In this document: positions 32,969-43,893 of the stretch, piece after piece | How positions within the stretch are numbered: the first letter of the stretch is position 1 | Layout of the letters: each line of letters begins with the position of its first letter | NCBI GenBank assembly: GCA_963789955.1 | Contig: CAWBMV010000001.1 | Location: forward strand, 851,954 to 915,953 | Origin: an uncultured Candidatus Rokubacteria bacterium | GTDB taxonomy: Bacteria; Methylomirabilota; Methylomirabilia; Rokubacteriales; CSP1-6 | Reading direction: 5' to 3' | DNA length: 64,000 bases | The notes under the pieces: generated by a model | What the model saw: the letters and a program-made list of their open reading frames with translations, nothing else | Database searches by the model: none | Told to the model about the DNA's origin: nothing | Position numbers and translations under genes: made by a program

Positions 32969-35944
32969 CGCGCCAGCTTTCAGCGCTCGTGATGATCGCC
33001 GCGCTGGTCGCGTTGCCGGGGACGGCGCAGGCTGCGACGGTGTTGCCGCTGACGCCGCCGCCGCCGGACATCGCGCAGCTCGTCCCGTTCGCCGAGGCGC
33101 CGATCGAGAAGCCTTCGATCGCGGTCGCCGACCTGCCGTTGCCGCCGTCGCCCTCGGAGCTGCCGGCGCTGCCGCTGGCGCCGATCGTCGCGCCGGCTGC
33201 GCCCAAGCCCACGGCGACCAACACGTCCACGGGGACGCTCGCGTGCGTCGGCGCCGCCTTCGGGATCGCGTCGAAGGCGCTCGAGTGCGGCCGCTCGCAC
33301 TTCGCCAAGGGCGAGTTCGACGACGCCGTCCAGGACCTCGAGGCCGCCGTCCGTCACGGCAAGGAGCGTGACTTCCTGACCGAGGCGCGCTACTGGCTCG
33401 CCGAGACCTACTACCGGCTCGATCGGTTCCAGCAGGCCGATGCGCTGTTCCGGCAGGTGGCCCGCGGGCCGCGCACCGCCGAGTTCACGGTCTGGAGCCA
33501 GCACTCGAGCGGCTGGACCGCGCTCCGGCTCAACGACATGAACCGCGCGCGCGACACGTTCGCCCAGTTTCAGTCCGCGACACCGCCCGAGCTCGAGGCC
33601 TGGGCGCGCCACGGACTGGGGCTCGCCAACTACTCGCTCGGACGGCACGACGATGCGGTGGCCGCGTGGACGGCGCTCGCGTCGCGCGCGCCCGCCTCGC
33701 TCGCGCGCGACGTCTCGTTCTGGCTCGGGGAAGCGCTCGGGCGCATCGGGCAGTACGACCGCGCGATCACCACGCTCACCCAGTTCGTGCAGGGCGGACC
33801 GCATCCGCTACTCGACTCGGGCCGGGCGCGGCTCGGGTGGTGGAGCGTCGCCGCCGGGCGCAATCCGGAGAGCGTGGCGGCGTTTCGCGCGTATCTCACG
33901 TCGCCGAGGGCCACTGGTCCGGAGCGCCCCTGGGTCGAGGCCGGCCTCGCGCTGGCGCTGTTTCCATCCGATCCCGACGCGGCGCGCGGGATGCTGCGCG
34001 GTCTCGAAGGGCGTCGCTCGCCGCTCGTCGTTCCGCTCCAGATCCGGTTGACGCGGGCCATGATCGACGCGAAGAAGCCGGCGGAGATCCCGGCGCTCAC
34101 GCAGGATCTCCTGAGCGCCACGCTCACGAACGCGATCCGCGCGCACGTGCTCTTGCTGAAGGGCGAGGGCTACCGGCTCGCCGGCAATCGCGACGAAGCG
34201 CGCACGCAGTACGAGCTCTCGCAGCGCATGGAGCCGACGAGCCCGACGGGCTGGTACGCCGCGTATCGTCTGGCGCAGTCGAACTTCGAGCTGCGCGAGT
34301 ACGCGCAGGCCGCGCGAGATCTTTCCGCCGTCGTGTCCGCTGCGCCGACGCCCGACGCGCGCGTCGCCGCGCTCCTGCTGCGGGGCGACGCTGCCTACTA
34401 CGCCGGCGATCACGTGACGGCGGCGGCCGCGTTCCGGCGCGTGCTCACCGACGTTCCCGGGCATGCGCAGGCGCCGGCCGCGCGGCTCGGGCTCGCGTGG
34501 TCTCTCATGCGTCACGACCGGCTCGAGGACGCGCGCAAGGAGTTTCTCGAGTTCGCCCAGGCGATGCCGGGAGATCCTCGCTCGCCGGACGCGCTCGAGC
34601 TCGCCTCGGAGCTGGCATTGCGGCGGGACGCCGATCGCGAGGAAGCCCGCCAGCTCCTCGACCGGGTCATCAACACCTTTCCGAGCGCACCGCGAACCGA
34701 CTTCGCGCGGCTCAACCGGGCGATCCTCATGCTGCGGATGGGCGACGCGACCGGCGCCGAAGCCCCGCTTCGCGACTGGATCAGACGGGCGCCGTTTCCG
34801 CCGCTCATCGGCCGGGCGCAGGCGGCACTCGGCGCCGCGGTCCTGGCCGCCGGGCGACCGACTGAAGCGGGGACGGCGTTCAAAAAGGCGCAGGCCGAGG
34901 GTGTCGGGCCGCTGGCCCAGCTCGGTCTCGGTGCTACCGCGCTGGCCGAGAGCCAGTGGGCCCCGGCGCAGACCAGGTTCACCGAGGCGCGCGACGGCGG
35001 TACGGCCGACGTCGCCGCGATCGCGGGCTACGGGCTCGCGGTGGTCGCCTTCCAGCGCGGCGACGCGAAAGACTTCAAGCAGCCGGCCCAGGCGGCCCTG
35101 GCCCAGGCACCCAAGGCGCGCTCGGCTCCGCGACTGCTCTACGTCCTGACCGCCATCGCCGTCGACGAGAAGGACTGGCCCGGCGCGCTCGCGACCGCGA
35201 AGCGGCTCACGTCCGAGTTTCCGTCCGACGAGGCGGCCGATGACGCGCTCGAGCGCGTCGGCGCCGGCGCCGCGGCGGGTGGCGCATGGCCCACGGTGAT
35301 CGACGCGTACGGTCTGATGGAGAAGCTCTATCCCAAGAGCCCGTTCCTCGAGCCCGCCCGCGTGACGGTCGCCGAGGCGCTGGTGGAAACAGGAAAGCCG
35401 GAGGCCGGTGCGCCCGATGCTCGAGCAATTCGTCTCGACGTCGCCGAACGATCCCCGCGCGCCGCGCGCGTGGGGCGCGCTGGCTCGCGCGCGTGACGCC
35501 GCCGGCGATCGCGCCGGCGCGGCCGACGCCTACACGCGGGCGCTGAAGGACGCGAATCCCGCCGACCTGCGACCGGAGATGGCACTCGGCTACGCGCGGG
35601 TGCTCACGCAGGAAAAGCGCTGGCCGGAGGCGCGCAAGCTGCTCGAGGGCTTGCTGCGAAACAACGACAACAACATCGTCGCGTCCGCCGCGACCGGCAT
35701 CGGCGAGGCGTATCAGGGCGAAGGCGAGAATCTCGCCGCCGCCGAGTATTTCATGACCGCGGCGTACGTCGCGCCCGAGACGCCGGCCGGACGCAGCGGG
35801 CTGCTGGGTGCCGGAGCCTGCTTCACCGCGCTCAAGCAGAACGATTCGGCCGCGGTCGTCTACAACAAGCTCATCGCCCAGAAAGACGCGCCCGCCGACG
35901 TCGTCGAGAAGGCCCGTAAGGGACTGAAAGACATCGGGCGGTGA
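32965..35944 (+). CDS. Large (~990 aa) secreted TPR solenoid protein (frameshift near 35408)
   Basis: Signal peptide, Pro-rich segment, many TPR-like repeats; GTGA overlaps on both sides. Confidence 0.8.
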
Positions 35945-37764
35945 AGGGGTACGGGGGCCGCCTGCTGTTCGTCGATCTGACGACCGGGACGGCCCGCGTC
36001 GAGCCGCTCGAGGAGACCACGGCGCGCGCGCTCCTCGGCGGCAACGGTCTCGCCGCCCGCGTGCTCTACGACCACGTGCCGCCCGGGATCGACGCGTTCG
36101 ATGCCGAGAACGCGGTCGTCTTCGGGGTGGGCCCGATCACCGACACGACGGTGCCCGGCAACAGCCGCGCGTGCGTCGCGTCCAAATCGCCCCTGACCAA
36201 TCTCTTCTTCGACTCGACGTTCGGCGGCCGCTTTCCGGCGACGCTCAAGCGCACCGGCTTCGACGCCGTGGCGATCACCGGCCGCGCGCCGTCGCCGTCC
36301 TATCTGCTGGTGACCGAGGCGGGCGCGACGGTGAAGCCGGCGCCCGAGCTGTGGGGGCGGTCGACGCGCGAGACCGTGAACGCGCTGATCGACGCCGAAG
36401 GCGCCGACGCGGATGCGATCGCGATCGGCCCCGCCGGCGAGCATCGCGTGCGCTTCGCGGCGATGGCGCACTACTGGAAGAATCGCGAGGGCGTGTCGGG
36501 GCGCGGCGGGATCGGCGCCGTGCTGGGCTCGAAGAATCTCAAGGCGGTCGTGGTCCAGGGCGCCCGCAAGACCGAGGTCGCCGATGCCGCGGGGCTCAAG
36601 GCGCTCATCGAGGGGACGCGCGAGCCGCTGAAGACCGGCACCAAGGCGCTCACGACGTTCGGCACGCCGTTTCTCGTCGGGCCGATCAACGCCCTCGGCG
36701 GCCTCGGCGCCTACAACCTGCGCCAGGAAACCTTCGCCGAGGCGCGCGCCGTCTCCGGCGAGGAGATGAAGCTTCACTACCACGATCGGGACACGACCTG
36801 TCTCAAGTGCCCGGTCGCGTGCGGCAAGCAATACGGGATCGCCGAGGGCGAGTTCGCCGGCACGAAGGCGAAGATGCCCGAGTACGAGACGATCTTCGCG
36901 CTCGGGCCCATGCTCGGCATCGCGAATCCCGAGGCGCTCATCCTGGCCAACGATCTCTGCGATCTGCTCGGGATGGACACGATCTCGATCGGCGTCACCC
37001 TGGCGTTCGTGGCGGAGGCGCTCGAGCGCGGCTGGCTCGACCGGCGCGAGGTCGGCGTGCCGTTCGGCTGGGGTGACTGGCGCGGCATGCTGAAACTGGT
37101 CGAGATGACGGCACGTCGCGAAGGATTCGGAGCCCGCGTGGCCGAGGGCGCGTGGCGGCTCGCCGCGTCGGTCCATCCCGAGGGCACGAAGCTCGTGTAC
37201 GCCGTCAAGGGGCTCGAGCTGCCCGCGCACTCGGCGCGCGCGCTCAAGGGGCTCTCGATCGGCTACGCGACCGCGACCCGCGGCGGGAGCCACCACGACA
37301 CGCGGCCGACGCCGCAATACGCGCAGGGCTTCGATCGGCGCGGGACGAAGGACAAGCCCGCGTTCGCCGTGCGGAGCCAGCACTTCACGGCCCTCGGCGA
37401 TTCGCTCGTCTTGTGCCGGTTTACCTCCGAGCGCGGCTTCGGCGTCTTCATCGGCGATCCGTACGCCACGATGGTGCGCGCCGCCACCGGCTGGGACGTC
37501 ACCGTCGAGGAGCTCGAGCGAATCGGCGAGCGCATCATCAACCTCGAGCGGCTCTTCAACGTGCGCGAAGGCGTGCGGCGGGCCCAGGACGTGCTGCCGT
37601 GGAAGGTGATGCACGAGCCGATCCCGGACGGGCCCTCCGCGGGCATGTACTGTCCGCCGGAGGAGCTCGCCGCGATGCTCGACGACTACTACGCGCTGCG
37701 CGGCTGGGACGCCGACGGCGTGCCGACGGCCGGCCGGCTGACGGCGCTCGGCCTCCGGGGCTGA
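35941..37764 (+). CDS. Aldehyde:ferredoxin oxidoreductase family (W/Mo-bis-pterin) enzyme
   Basis: GYGGRLL.VDL, KSPLT, GRGGIGAVLGSKNLKA, CxxCxxxC (CLKCPVAC), PEYET, CD.LGMDTIS, VKGLE.P, TRGGSH, DDYY..RGWD..G.P. Confidence 0.92.
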   Translation: MKGYGGRLLFVDLTTGTARVEPLEETTARALLGGNGLAARVLYDHVPPGIDAFDAENAVVFGVGPITDTTVPGNSRACVASKSPLTNLFFDSTFGGRFPATLKRTGFDAVAITGRAPSPSYLLVTEAGATVKPAPELWGRSTRETVNALIDAEGADADAIAIGPAGEHRVRFAAMAHYWKNREGVSGRGGIGAVLGSKNLKAVVVQGARKTEVADAAGLKALIEGTREPLKTGTKALTTFGTPFLVGPINALGGLGAYNLRQETFAEARAVSGEEMKLHYHDRDTTCLKCPVACGKQYGIAEGEFAGTKAKMPEYETIFALGPMLGIANPEALILANDLCDLLGMDTISIGVTLAFVAEALERGWLDRREVGVPFGWGDWRGMLKLVEMTARREGFGARVAEGAWRLAASVHPEGTKLVYAVKGLELPAHSARALKGLSIGYATATRGGSHHDTRPTPQYAQGFDRRGTKDKPAFAVRSQHFTALGDSLVLCRFTSERGFGVFIGDPYATMVRAATGWDVTVEELERIGERIINLERLFNVREGVRRAQDVLPWKVMHEPIPDGPSAGMYCPPEELAAMLDDYYALRGWDADGVPTAGRLTALGLRG

Positions 37765-37778
37765 ACGGCCCGATCGTC

Positions 37779-38567
37779 GTGCGAAAACTCCTCCGGCCCG
37801 TGCTCTGGGTCTGGTCGCTGATCGTGATCACGATGACGGCCGCCGCCGCGGATCCCGTGACGGTGCGCTTTCCAGAGGGCGAGACGCACGGCTTCCTCAT
37901 CCTCCGCTCGCTGCAGGGCCAGACCCTCGCCTACGGCGAGCTGACCGCGTTGGCGCATGGCGATCGAATGGAGAGCCGGCTCACGTGGCGGTTTCGCGAC
38001 GGCTCGCTCCAGGACGAGTTCGTCACGTACCTGCAGCGGCCGGTGCTCAAGCTGCTGAGCTACAAGCAGATCCAGCGGGGCCCGTCGTTTCCCGCGGACG
38101 TCGAGGTCGCGTTCACGCGTGACCCGAACCGCTACGAGGTCAAGCAACGCGAGAAGGGCAAGAAGGACACCGAGGAATTCTCGGGCACGGTCGAGCTGCC
38201 GGCGGATGTCTACAACGGGATGACGGCGACGATCCTGAACAACCTGGCGAAGGGCGAGATCGCCACGGGTCATCTCGTGGCGTTCACGCCCAAGCCTCGC
38301 CTGGTGAAGACGACCTATCAGCCGGTGGGCGAGGATCCCGTCATCATCGGCGAGTCGCGCCGCAGCGCGACGCGCTATCTCGTCGATCTCGAGGTCGGCG
38401 GCGTCGCCGGCGTGTTCGCGAAGGTCGCGGGAAAGGAGCCGCCCGATCTGAAGTTCTGGGTCCTCGGCGGCTCCCCGCCGGCGTTCGTGAAGTTCGAAGG
38501 CCCGTTCTTCGTCGCGGGCCCGATCTGGCGCGTCGAGCTCTTCGCGCCCCGCTGGCCGACCAAATAG
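37779..38567 (+). CDS. Hypothetical secreted beta-rich protein
   Basis: Signal peptide ending AAA-DP; good codon usage. Confidence 0.75.
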   Translation: MRKLLRPVLWVWSLIVITMTAAAADPVTVRFPEGETHGFLILRSLQGQTLAYGELTALAHGDRMESRLTWRFRDGSLQDEFVTYLQRPVLKLLSYKQIQRGPSFPADVEVAFTRDPNRYEVKQREKGKKDTEEFSGTVELPADVYNGMTATILNNLAKGEIATGHLVAFTPKPRLVKTTYQPVGEDPVIIGESRRSATRYLVDLEVGGVAGVFAKVAGKEPPDLKFWVLGGSPPAFVKFEGPFFVAGPIWRVELFAPRWPTK

Positions 38568-38706
38568 CCGCGTAGCCGGACGATCGCCCGCGGCGCGGCA
38601 ACGACCGTTCCGATATTTGTCACAGGCGTGCCAGCCTGTTCCGCGTGAGTCGACGCCGGCGCCCGCCGGCGCGCGTATGCGTCGAAATTTTCAGACTCTT
38701 TCCGTC

Positions 38707-38722
38707 TGGCACCTTTCGTGCT
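38707..38722 (+). promoter_or_regulatory. Putative sigma54 promoter
   Basis: TGGCAC-N5-GTGCT with GG and GC separated by 10 nt. Confidence 0.55.
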
Positions 38723-38737
38723 CATTTCTGCGTTCCG

Positions 38738-39031
38738 ATGCGTCTCGCGTGGCTTGCGGCGGTGAGTGCGGCAGCGATCCTGGTCGGGGGATGCTCGACC
38801 GCGCCGTTCGTCGGCTACCGCAACGGCCCCGTCACCCTCTATATCGGTGACGTGCGCCACGTCTGCGCCGCCGGTGGGAGCAACCGCGGGTGCACGATGC
38901 GCTACCCGAATGGCCGCGTCGAAGTCTATTGCGCCGATGGAGACTACGAGTGCCTCGCCCACGAGCTGCGCCACGTCGCGGATCCGACGTGGCAGCACGA
39001 CCTGGACTATCGCAGCGTGTCCGCTCGTTAG
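38738..39031 (+). CDS. Small lipoprotein with HExxH motif
   Basis: Lipobox VGGC; CLAHELRH...WQH; four additional Cys. Confidence 0.7.
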   Translation: MRLAWLAAVSAAAILVGGCSTAPFVGYRNGPVTLYIGDVRHVCAAGGSNRGCTMRYPNGRVEVYCADGDYECLAHELRHVADPTWQHDLDYRSVSAR

Positions 39032-39135
39032 TCGCGCCCCGGATCGCTCGCGCGCCGCAACAGCCCGATGACGACGACCGGAGGCCGAGTGTGTTGTTTC
39101 CTCTAAGGGGCAGGAGAGGGGAGGAGAGACCGGCG

Positions 39136-39885
39136 ATGTACAGTCGCACGATCGACCGGATGTCGGACGGCGCGAGCGAGTTCCTCGTCCAGTTCTATCT
39201 GAACTCGCCGAAGCTCTCCGTTTCGATCCTTCTCGCGGTGTGGCTGGTCGTGTTCTTTTCCGCGCTGTGGTATTTCGTCCTGCTGCCGGCCACCGCGAAC
39301 AACCTCGTGAACGGCTCCTTCGAGGCGCGCCTGGTGGGCTGGGGCACGGGCTGGCTCGAGGACTTTCCCGCGTATCGCGGCGCGGCGCGGCTCAACCAGT
39401 ATCTCGCCACGCGCAGCTCGCAGACGGGCCAGCTCGCCGTCGCCGACTGGCGCTCGGATCCGACCGAGCATCGGCCCGGCGGTCGATTCGCCCTCCTGGT
39501 CGAGCATCGCAGCGACAAGCAGACCGAGGTCTACTCGACGCTCGCCCAGCGCATTCGCGTCAAGCCGCGGACCGGCTACAACGTGCGGTTCTGGGCGAAG
39601 GTCGATCGCATGGAACACGACGGCGACCTGTGGCTGAGCCCGAACGGCGGCTCGGTCGCGTGGGACGAGCCGAAGGTCGAAGTGTCGGGCGCCGGCAAAG
39701 GCTGGCAGCTCTACAGGCTCGACTTCAACTCGGGTGATCGCGTCGATCTCGATATCCGGTTCGTGGCCGAAGGTCCGCTAAAGGCGTGGGTCGACGACGT
39801 CGTCGTCAGCCGAGTTCCGGCGGGCGAGACGTGGGTGGAGAAGGTCGGGATCTGGCTCCGATCGCTGTGGAGCATCTTGAGGTAG
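39136..39885 (+). CDS. Membrane-anchored protein with CBM4/9-like galactose-binding-fold domain
   Basis: SD GAGGAG; TM helix; NLVNGSFE, LAQRI.VKP.T.Y.VRFWAK, WVDDV. Confidence 0.7.
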   Translation: MYSRTIDRMSDGASEFLVQFYLNSPKLSVSILLAVWLVVFFSALWYFVLLPATANNLVNGSFEARLVGWGTGWLEDFPAYRGAARLNQYLATRSSQTGQLAVADWRSDPTEHRPGGRFALLVEHRSDKQTEVYSTLAQRIRVKPRTGYNVRFWAKVDRMEHDGDLWLSPNGGSVAWDEPKVEVSGAGKGWQLYRLDFNSGDRVDLDIRFVAEGPLKAWVDDVVVSRVPAGETWVEKVGIWLRSLWSILR

Positions 39886-39957
39886 ATCGTGCTGAGCTTG
39901 CGCGCGCCGGGCAATGTTAGGATGACGAACGTCCCGCTTCAGCGTTCACTCACGCCC

Positions 39958-40033
39958 GGGCGGATAGCTCAGTTGGAAGAGCGCGGCCCTTACAAGGCCG
40001 AGGTCCCAGGTTCGATCCCTGGTCCGCCTACCA
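39958..40033 (+). tRNA. tRNA-Val(TAC)
   Basis: Cloverleaf; anticodon loop CTTACAA; GTTCGA T-loop; encoded CCA. Confidence 0.97.
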
Positions 40034-40130
40034 GAAAAATAAACCGCGCGAATTCATTGGCAATTTTCGTTTCTGAATCCCTTCCGAATTTCATCGATGC
40101 CGTGAGAGGTTGGAAATAAGGAGGAGCACA

Positions 40131-40340
40131 ATGCACAAGCTGGTCGTCAAACTCGACAGGGCCGGAGCCGGCAAACACGTCTCTCGGTGGAAGAGACAAA
40201 TGGATCAGTCGATCCGTCGTGCCGTCAAGGCGAGCCGCCGGGCGATCCACGCGACGAACCATTCGGCGTCGCCCCACAAGGCCGAGCGCATGGCGCTCAA
40301 GACGAAGAAGGCGGTCCTTCGCGCGGCGATGGGCCTGTAG
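40131..40340 (+). CDS. Small basic hypothetical protein
   Basis: Strong SD AAGGAGGAG; 69 aa, K/R-rich. Confidence 0.55.
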   Translation: MHKLVVKLDRAGAGKHVSRWKRQMDQSIRRAVKASRRAIHATNHSASPHKAERMALKTKKAVLRAAMGL

Positions 40341-40482
40341 CACAGGACCACTCGCTCGACTTCGTCGAGCAGCCTGCGATCATGGGCCGGGGAAGCGCTT
40401 CCCGGCCCATTTCCTTTTCGTCCCGGACACCATGGTCGTGCTCGCCCGGACGCCCGCCATCGAGACGCGGTACGCTGGGGTC

Positions 40483-41253
40483 GTGACCTCTGACGTCACC
40501 CGTGCGATCGACGAGCTGTACGGCGTGCCGCCCAAGGATTTCTCGAGCGCTCGCAACGCGAAGGCGGCCGCGTTGAAAGCCGCGGGACGCACCGCCGACG
40601 CGCAGGCCGTTCGCCGTCTCGCCAAGCCGTCTCCGTTCTTGTGGGCGACGAATCAGCTCGCGCGGCAGGACCCCGAGCGCGTCGCTCACTTCGTCGACCT
40701 CGTGCGTCGAGTGCGTCAGAGCCAGTTGCACGATCCGCGAACCGCCGCCGAGGGCATGCAGACCATCCGTGCCGAGCTCCAGGCGCTGACGAATCGCGCG
40801 ACCGAGGTGCTGGGGAAGGCCGGCTATCGTGTTCCGATCTCGGGAACGTCTCGCATCTCGAATACGGTGCTTGGCGCCGCGGTCGACGCCGAGCTGGTCG
40901 ACGATCTGCGTCACGGCCGACTGACCGCAGAGCTGGCGGCGCCGGGGTTCGAGGTCCTCGCGGGTCTGCAGCCGGGTCGAAAGCTCCAGCTGCTGCGCGG
41001 CGGCAAGAGCTCGGAACGCCCACGCGATCAGGCCGAGGCCAAGCGCGCCGAAGAACAGGCCCAGCGCGCGCGCCGCGCCCAGGAGGCCGAGGCGCGCCGG
41101 CGCGAGGCCGAGCAGCGCGCGGCGGCGGCCGAGCGTGCCGCCGAGGAGGTTCGTAAGCTCGAGCGGCAGCTGGCGGACGCTCGACGCGAGCTCCGCAATG
41201 CCCAGCGCGAGGCCGAGGCGGCGGCCGATCGCGCGCGCCGGCACCCCGACTAG
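40483..41253 (+). CDS. Hypothetical protein with C-terminal coiled coil
   Basis: DELYG.PP..F..ARNA.A..LKAAG...VR.L.KP...WA.NQL; E/R/A-rich tail. Confidence 0.75.
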   Translation: MTSDVTRAIDELYGVPPKDFSSARNAKAAALKAAGRTADAQAVRRLAKPSPFLWATNQLARQDPERVAHFVDLVRRVRQSQLHDPRTAAEGMQTIRAELQALTNRATEVLGKAGYRVPISGTSRISNTVLGAAVDAELVDDLRHGRLTAELAAPGFEVLAGLQPGRKLQLLRGGKSSERPRDQAEAKRAEEQAQRARRAQEAEARRREAEQRAAAAERAAEEVRKLERQLADARRELRNAQREAEAAADRARRHPD

Positions 41254-41258
41254 CCGTC

Positions 41259-43051
41259 ATGGCCGCGCGGATCGAAGACTACGCCCTCATCGGTGATTGC
41301 CAGACCGCTGCGCTGGTGGCGCGCGACGGGTCGATCGACTGGCTGTGCGTGCCGCGCTTCGACTCGCCCGCGTGCTTCTCCGCCCTTCTCGGCACGCCCG
41401 AGCACGGACGATGGCAGATCGCGCCGGCGGCGACCGAAACCCGCGCCGTCCGGCGGCGATACCGCCCGGGAACGCTCGTCCTCGAGACCGACTACGAGAC
41501 CGACACCGGCGCGGTCACCTTGGTCGACTGCATGCCGGTAGGGGCCGAGACACCCACGGTCGTCCGGATCGTCGAGGGCACACGCGGTCGGGTGCCGATG
41601 CGCCTCGATCTCGCCTTTCGCCTCGACTACGGATCGCTGGTGCCATGGGTCCGCCGCACCTCCGACGGCATTCGGGCGATCGGTGGCGCGAACGCGCTGC
41701 GTCTTCGCGCGCCGATCGCGCTCCGCGGCGAGGGCTTTCACACGGTGTCGGAATTCACCGTCACGGCCGGACAACGCGTTCCGTTCACGCTCTCCTGGTC
41801 TCCGTCGTGCGGACCGGAAGCTTCCGCGGTGGAACCGGAGTCCGCGATCACGACGACGGAGCGGTGGTGGCGAGATTGGTCCCAGCGATGCCGCTACGAC
41901 GGCGAGTGGAGCGAGGCCGTGGTGCGCTCGCTCATCACGCTCAAGGCGCTGACGTACGCGCCCACCGGCGGCCTCGTGGCCGCCGCGACGACGTCGCTGC
42001 CGGAGAAGCTGGGCGGCGTGCGTAACTGGGACTATCGCTATTGCTGGCTCAGGGACGCGACGTTCGCGCTCTACGCGCTGATGACGGGAGGCTACGTGGA
42101 CGAGGCGCGCGCCTGGCGCGCGTGGCTGCTCCGCGCGATCGCCGGCGACCCGTCGCAGGCGCAGGTCCTGTACGGGGTGGCCGGCGAGCGGCTCGTGCCC
42201 GAGTGGGACGTTTCGTGGCTTCCGGGCTACGAGGGCAGCGTGCCGGCTCGTGTCGGGAACGCGGCCACGACTCAGTTTCAGCTCGATATCCACGGCGAAG
42301 TCGTGGACGCGCTGCACTATGCGCGGCGGATCGGGCTCGAAGCCGACGAGGACGCCTGGCGCGTCGAGGGCAACCTAGTCGAGTTCGTCGAATCCGCATG
42401 GCAGGAACCCGACGAAGGCATCTGGGAGGTTCGGGGCCCGCGCCGTCCCTTCACGCACTCGAAGGTGATGGCGTGGGTCGCGCTCGATCGTGCCGTGAAG
42501 GCGGTCGAGCGCTTCGGGCTCGAGGGACCGGTCGAGCGCTGGCGAGCGGTTCGCGCCGCGATTCACGACGACGTGTGCCGCAACGGGTTCGACCGGGAGC
42601 TCGGTGCGTTCGTCCAGTACTACGGGTCGAAGCTGCTCGACGCGAGCCTTCTGATGATTCCGCTCGTGGGATTCCTTCCGGCCACGGATCCGCGCATGCT
42701 GGGCACGGTCGCGGCCATCCAGAAGCACCTCACGAGCGACGGGCTGGTGGCGCGCTACCAGACAACGCCGGAGCTCGACGGACTGCCTCCGGGCGAAGGG
42801 GCTTTCTGCCGTGCACGTTCTGGCTTGCCGACAATCTCGCGTTGCAAGGCCGGCAGGGCGAGGCGCGCGCGCTGTTCCAGCGTCTCCTGGACGTTCGCAA
42901 CGACGTGGGCCTTTTGTCCGAGGAATACGATCCGGGCGCTCGACGGCTCCTCGGGAATTTTCCTCAGGCGTTCTCGCACGTCGGCCTGGTCAATACCGCG
43001 CGTAATCTCTCGCGGCGCGGCGGGCCCGCCGAGCACCGGAAGGAAAGCTGA
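41259..43051 (+). CDS. Glycoside hydrolase family 15 (trehalase/glucoamylase-like); frameshift near 42800
   Basis: IEDYALIGD, AATTSLPE..GG.RNWDYRYCWLRD, GIWEVRG, GLLSEEYD, GNFPQAFSH. Confidence 0.93.
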
Positions 43052-43064
43052 AGCGAGTCGGCGC

Positions 43065-43331
43065 TTACGCGGGTTGCTGCCGCTCGCGGAGCAGTGAGTA
43101 GCGCTCCTGCGTCCAGATCTCGAAGCAGCGGAGATGGAGCCGCACGGCGCGCTTCCCGGGCTTCCGGACGAGGGCGTCCATCGCCAGCTGTCCGGTTCCG
43201 ATGGTCAGGTCGCAGCCGTCACACGCTTCACCGGCCGGCGAGCGACCAAAGACTCTCGCGGCTCGTTCGAGCGGGAGACGACCGTTCTCGAGCTTGCGTC
43301 GGATCGTCAGGCGGATCGCTCCGAAGTCCAT
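43065..43331 (-). CDS. Small putative zinc-binding protein
   Basis: CDGC...HLRC (CxxC/HxxC) in 88 aa. Confidence 0.65.
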   Translation of the reverse strand: MDFGAIRLTIRRKLENGRLPLERAARVFGRSPAGEACDGCDLTIGTGQLAMDALVRKPGKRAVRLHLRCFEIWTQERYSLLRERQQPA

Positions 43332-43419
43332 GGCGTAGCGTTATCGCGGATGCCCGGACGCCGAGCCATCGGGTGTTTCCTGCAGCGCGGAGTCGGTGTT
43401 TCCCGGCCGCGCCGGCTCG

Positions 43420-43806
43420 TCAGGCTCGTCGCATCAGCTGCGTCAGCGTTTCGTAGAGCTGCGCGGGCGCGACCGGCTTGAGCATCTGGTCGTCGAACCC
43501 GGCGCGTAGCATGCCGTCACGCGGGAAGGGATGTCCGGTGACGGCCAGAACGGGCACGGTCGGCCTCGCCGCGAGCTGCCGGATCTGGCCGACGAGCCAG
43601 AAGCCGCTACGCCCCGGCATGGCCACGTCGGTCACGACCGCGTCGAACTCGGTGCGTTGCAGCGCGGCCAGCGCCTCCTCGGCGGTCGGCGTCGAGACAA
43701 CCTTGGCGCCGGCCAGCTCGAGCAGCATGGCCATCGATTCCCGCGAATCCGTGTCGTCCTCGAGGAGGAGGATCCGCTTTCCTCCGAGCGTCGCTGCGTC
43801 GTCCAT
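43420..43806 (-). CDS. Stand-alone response-regulator receiver
   Basis: ILLLEDD, VTDVAMPG.SG, AVTG, AGFD....KPV. Confidence 0.88.
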   Translation of the reverse strand: MDDAATLGGKRILLLEDDTDSRESMAMLLELAGAKVVSTPTAEEALAALQRTEFDAVVTDVAMPGRSGFWLVGQIRQLAARPTVPVLAVTGHPFPRDGMLRAGFDDQMLKPVAPAQLYETLTQLMRRA

Positions 43807-43893
43807 GACGGCCCCCAAAACGTGGTCGGGAAGCTCCGAACGAAACGCGATGCTCCCACGTTAGCCGCTCCGGGTGGAGCGGTCAACCCGCGT

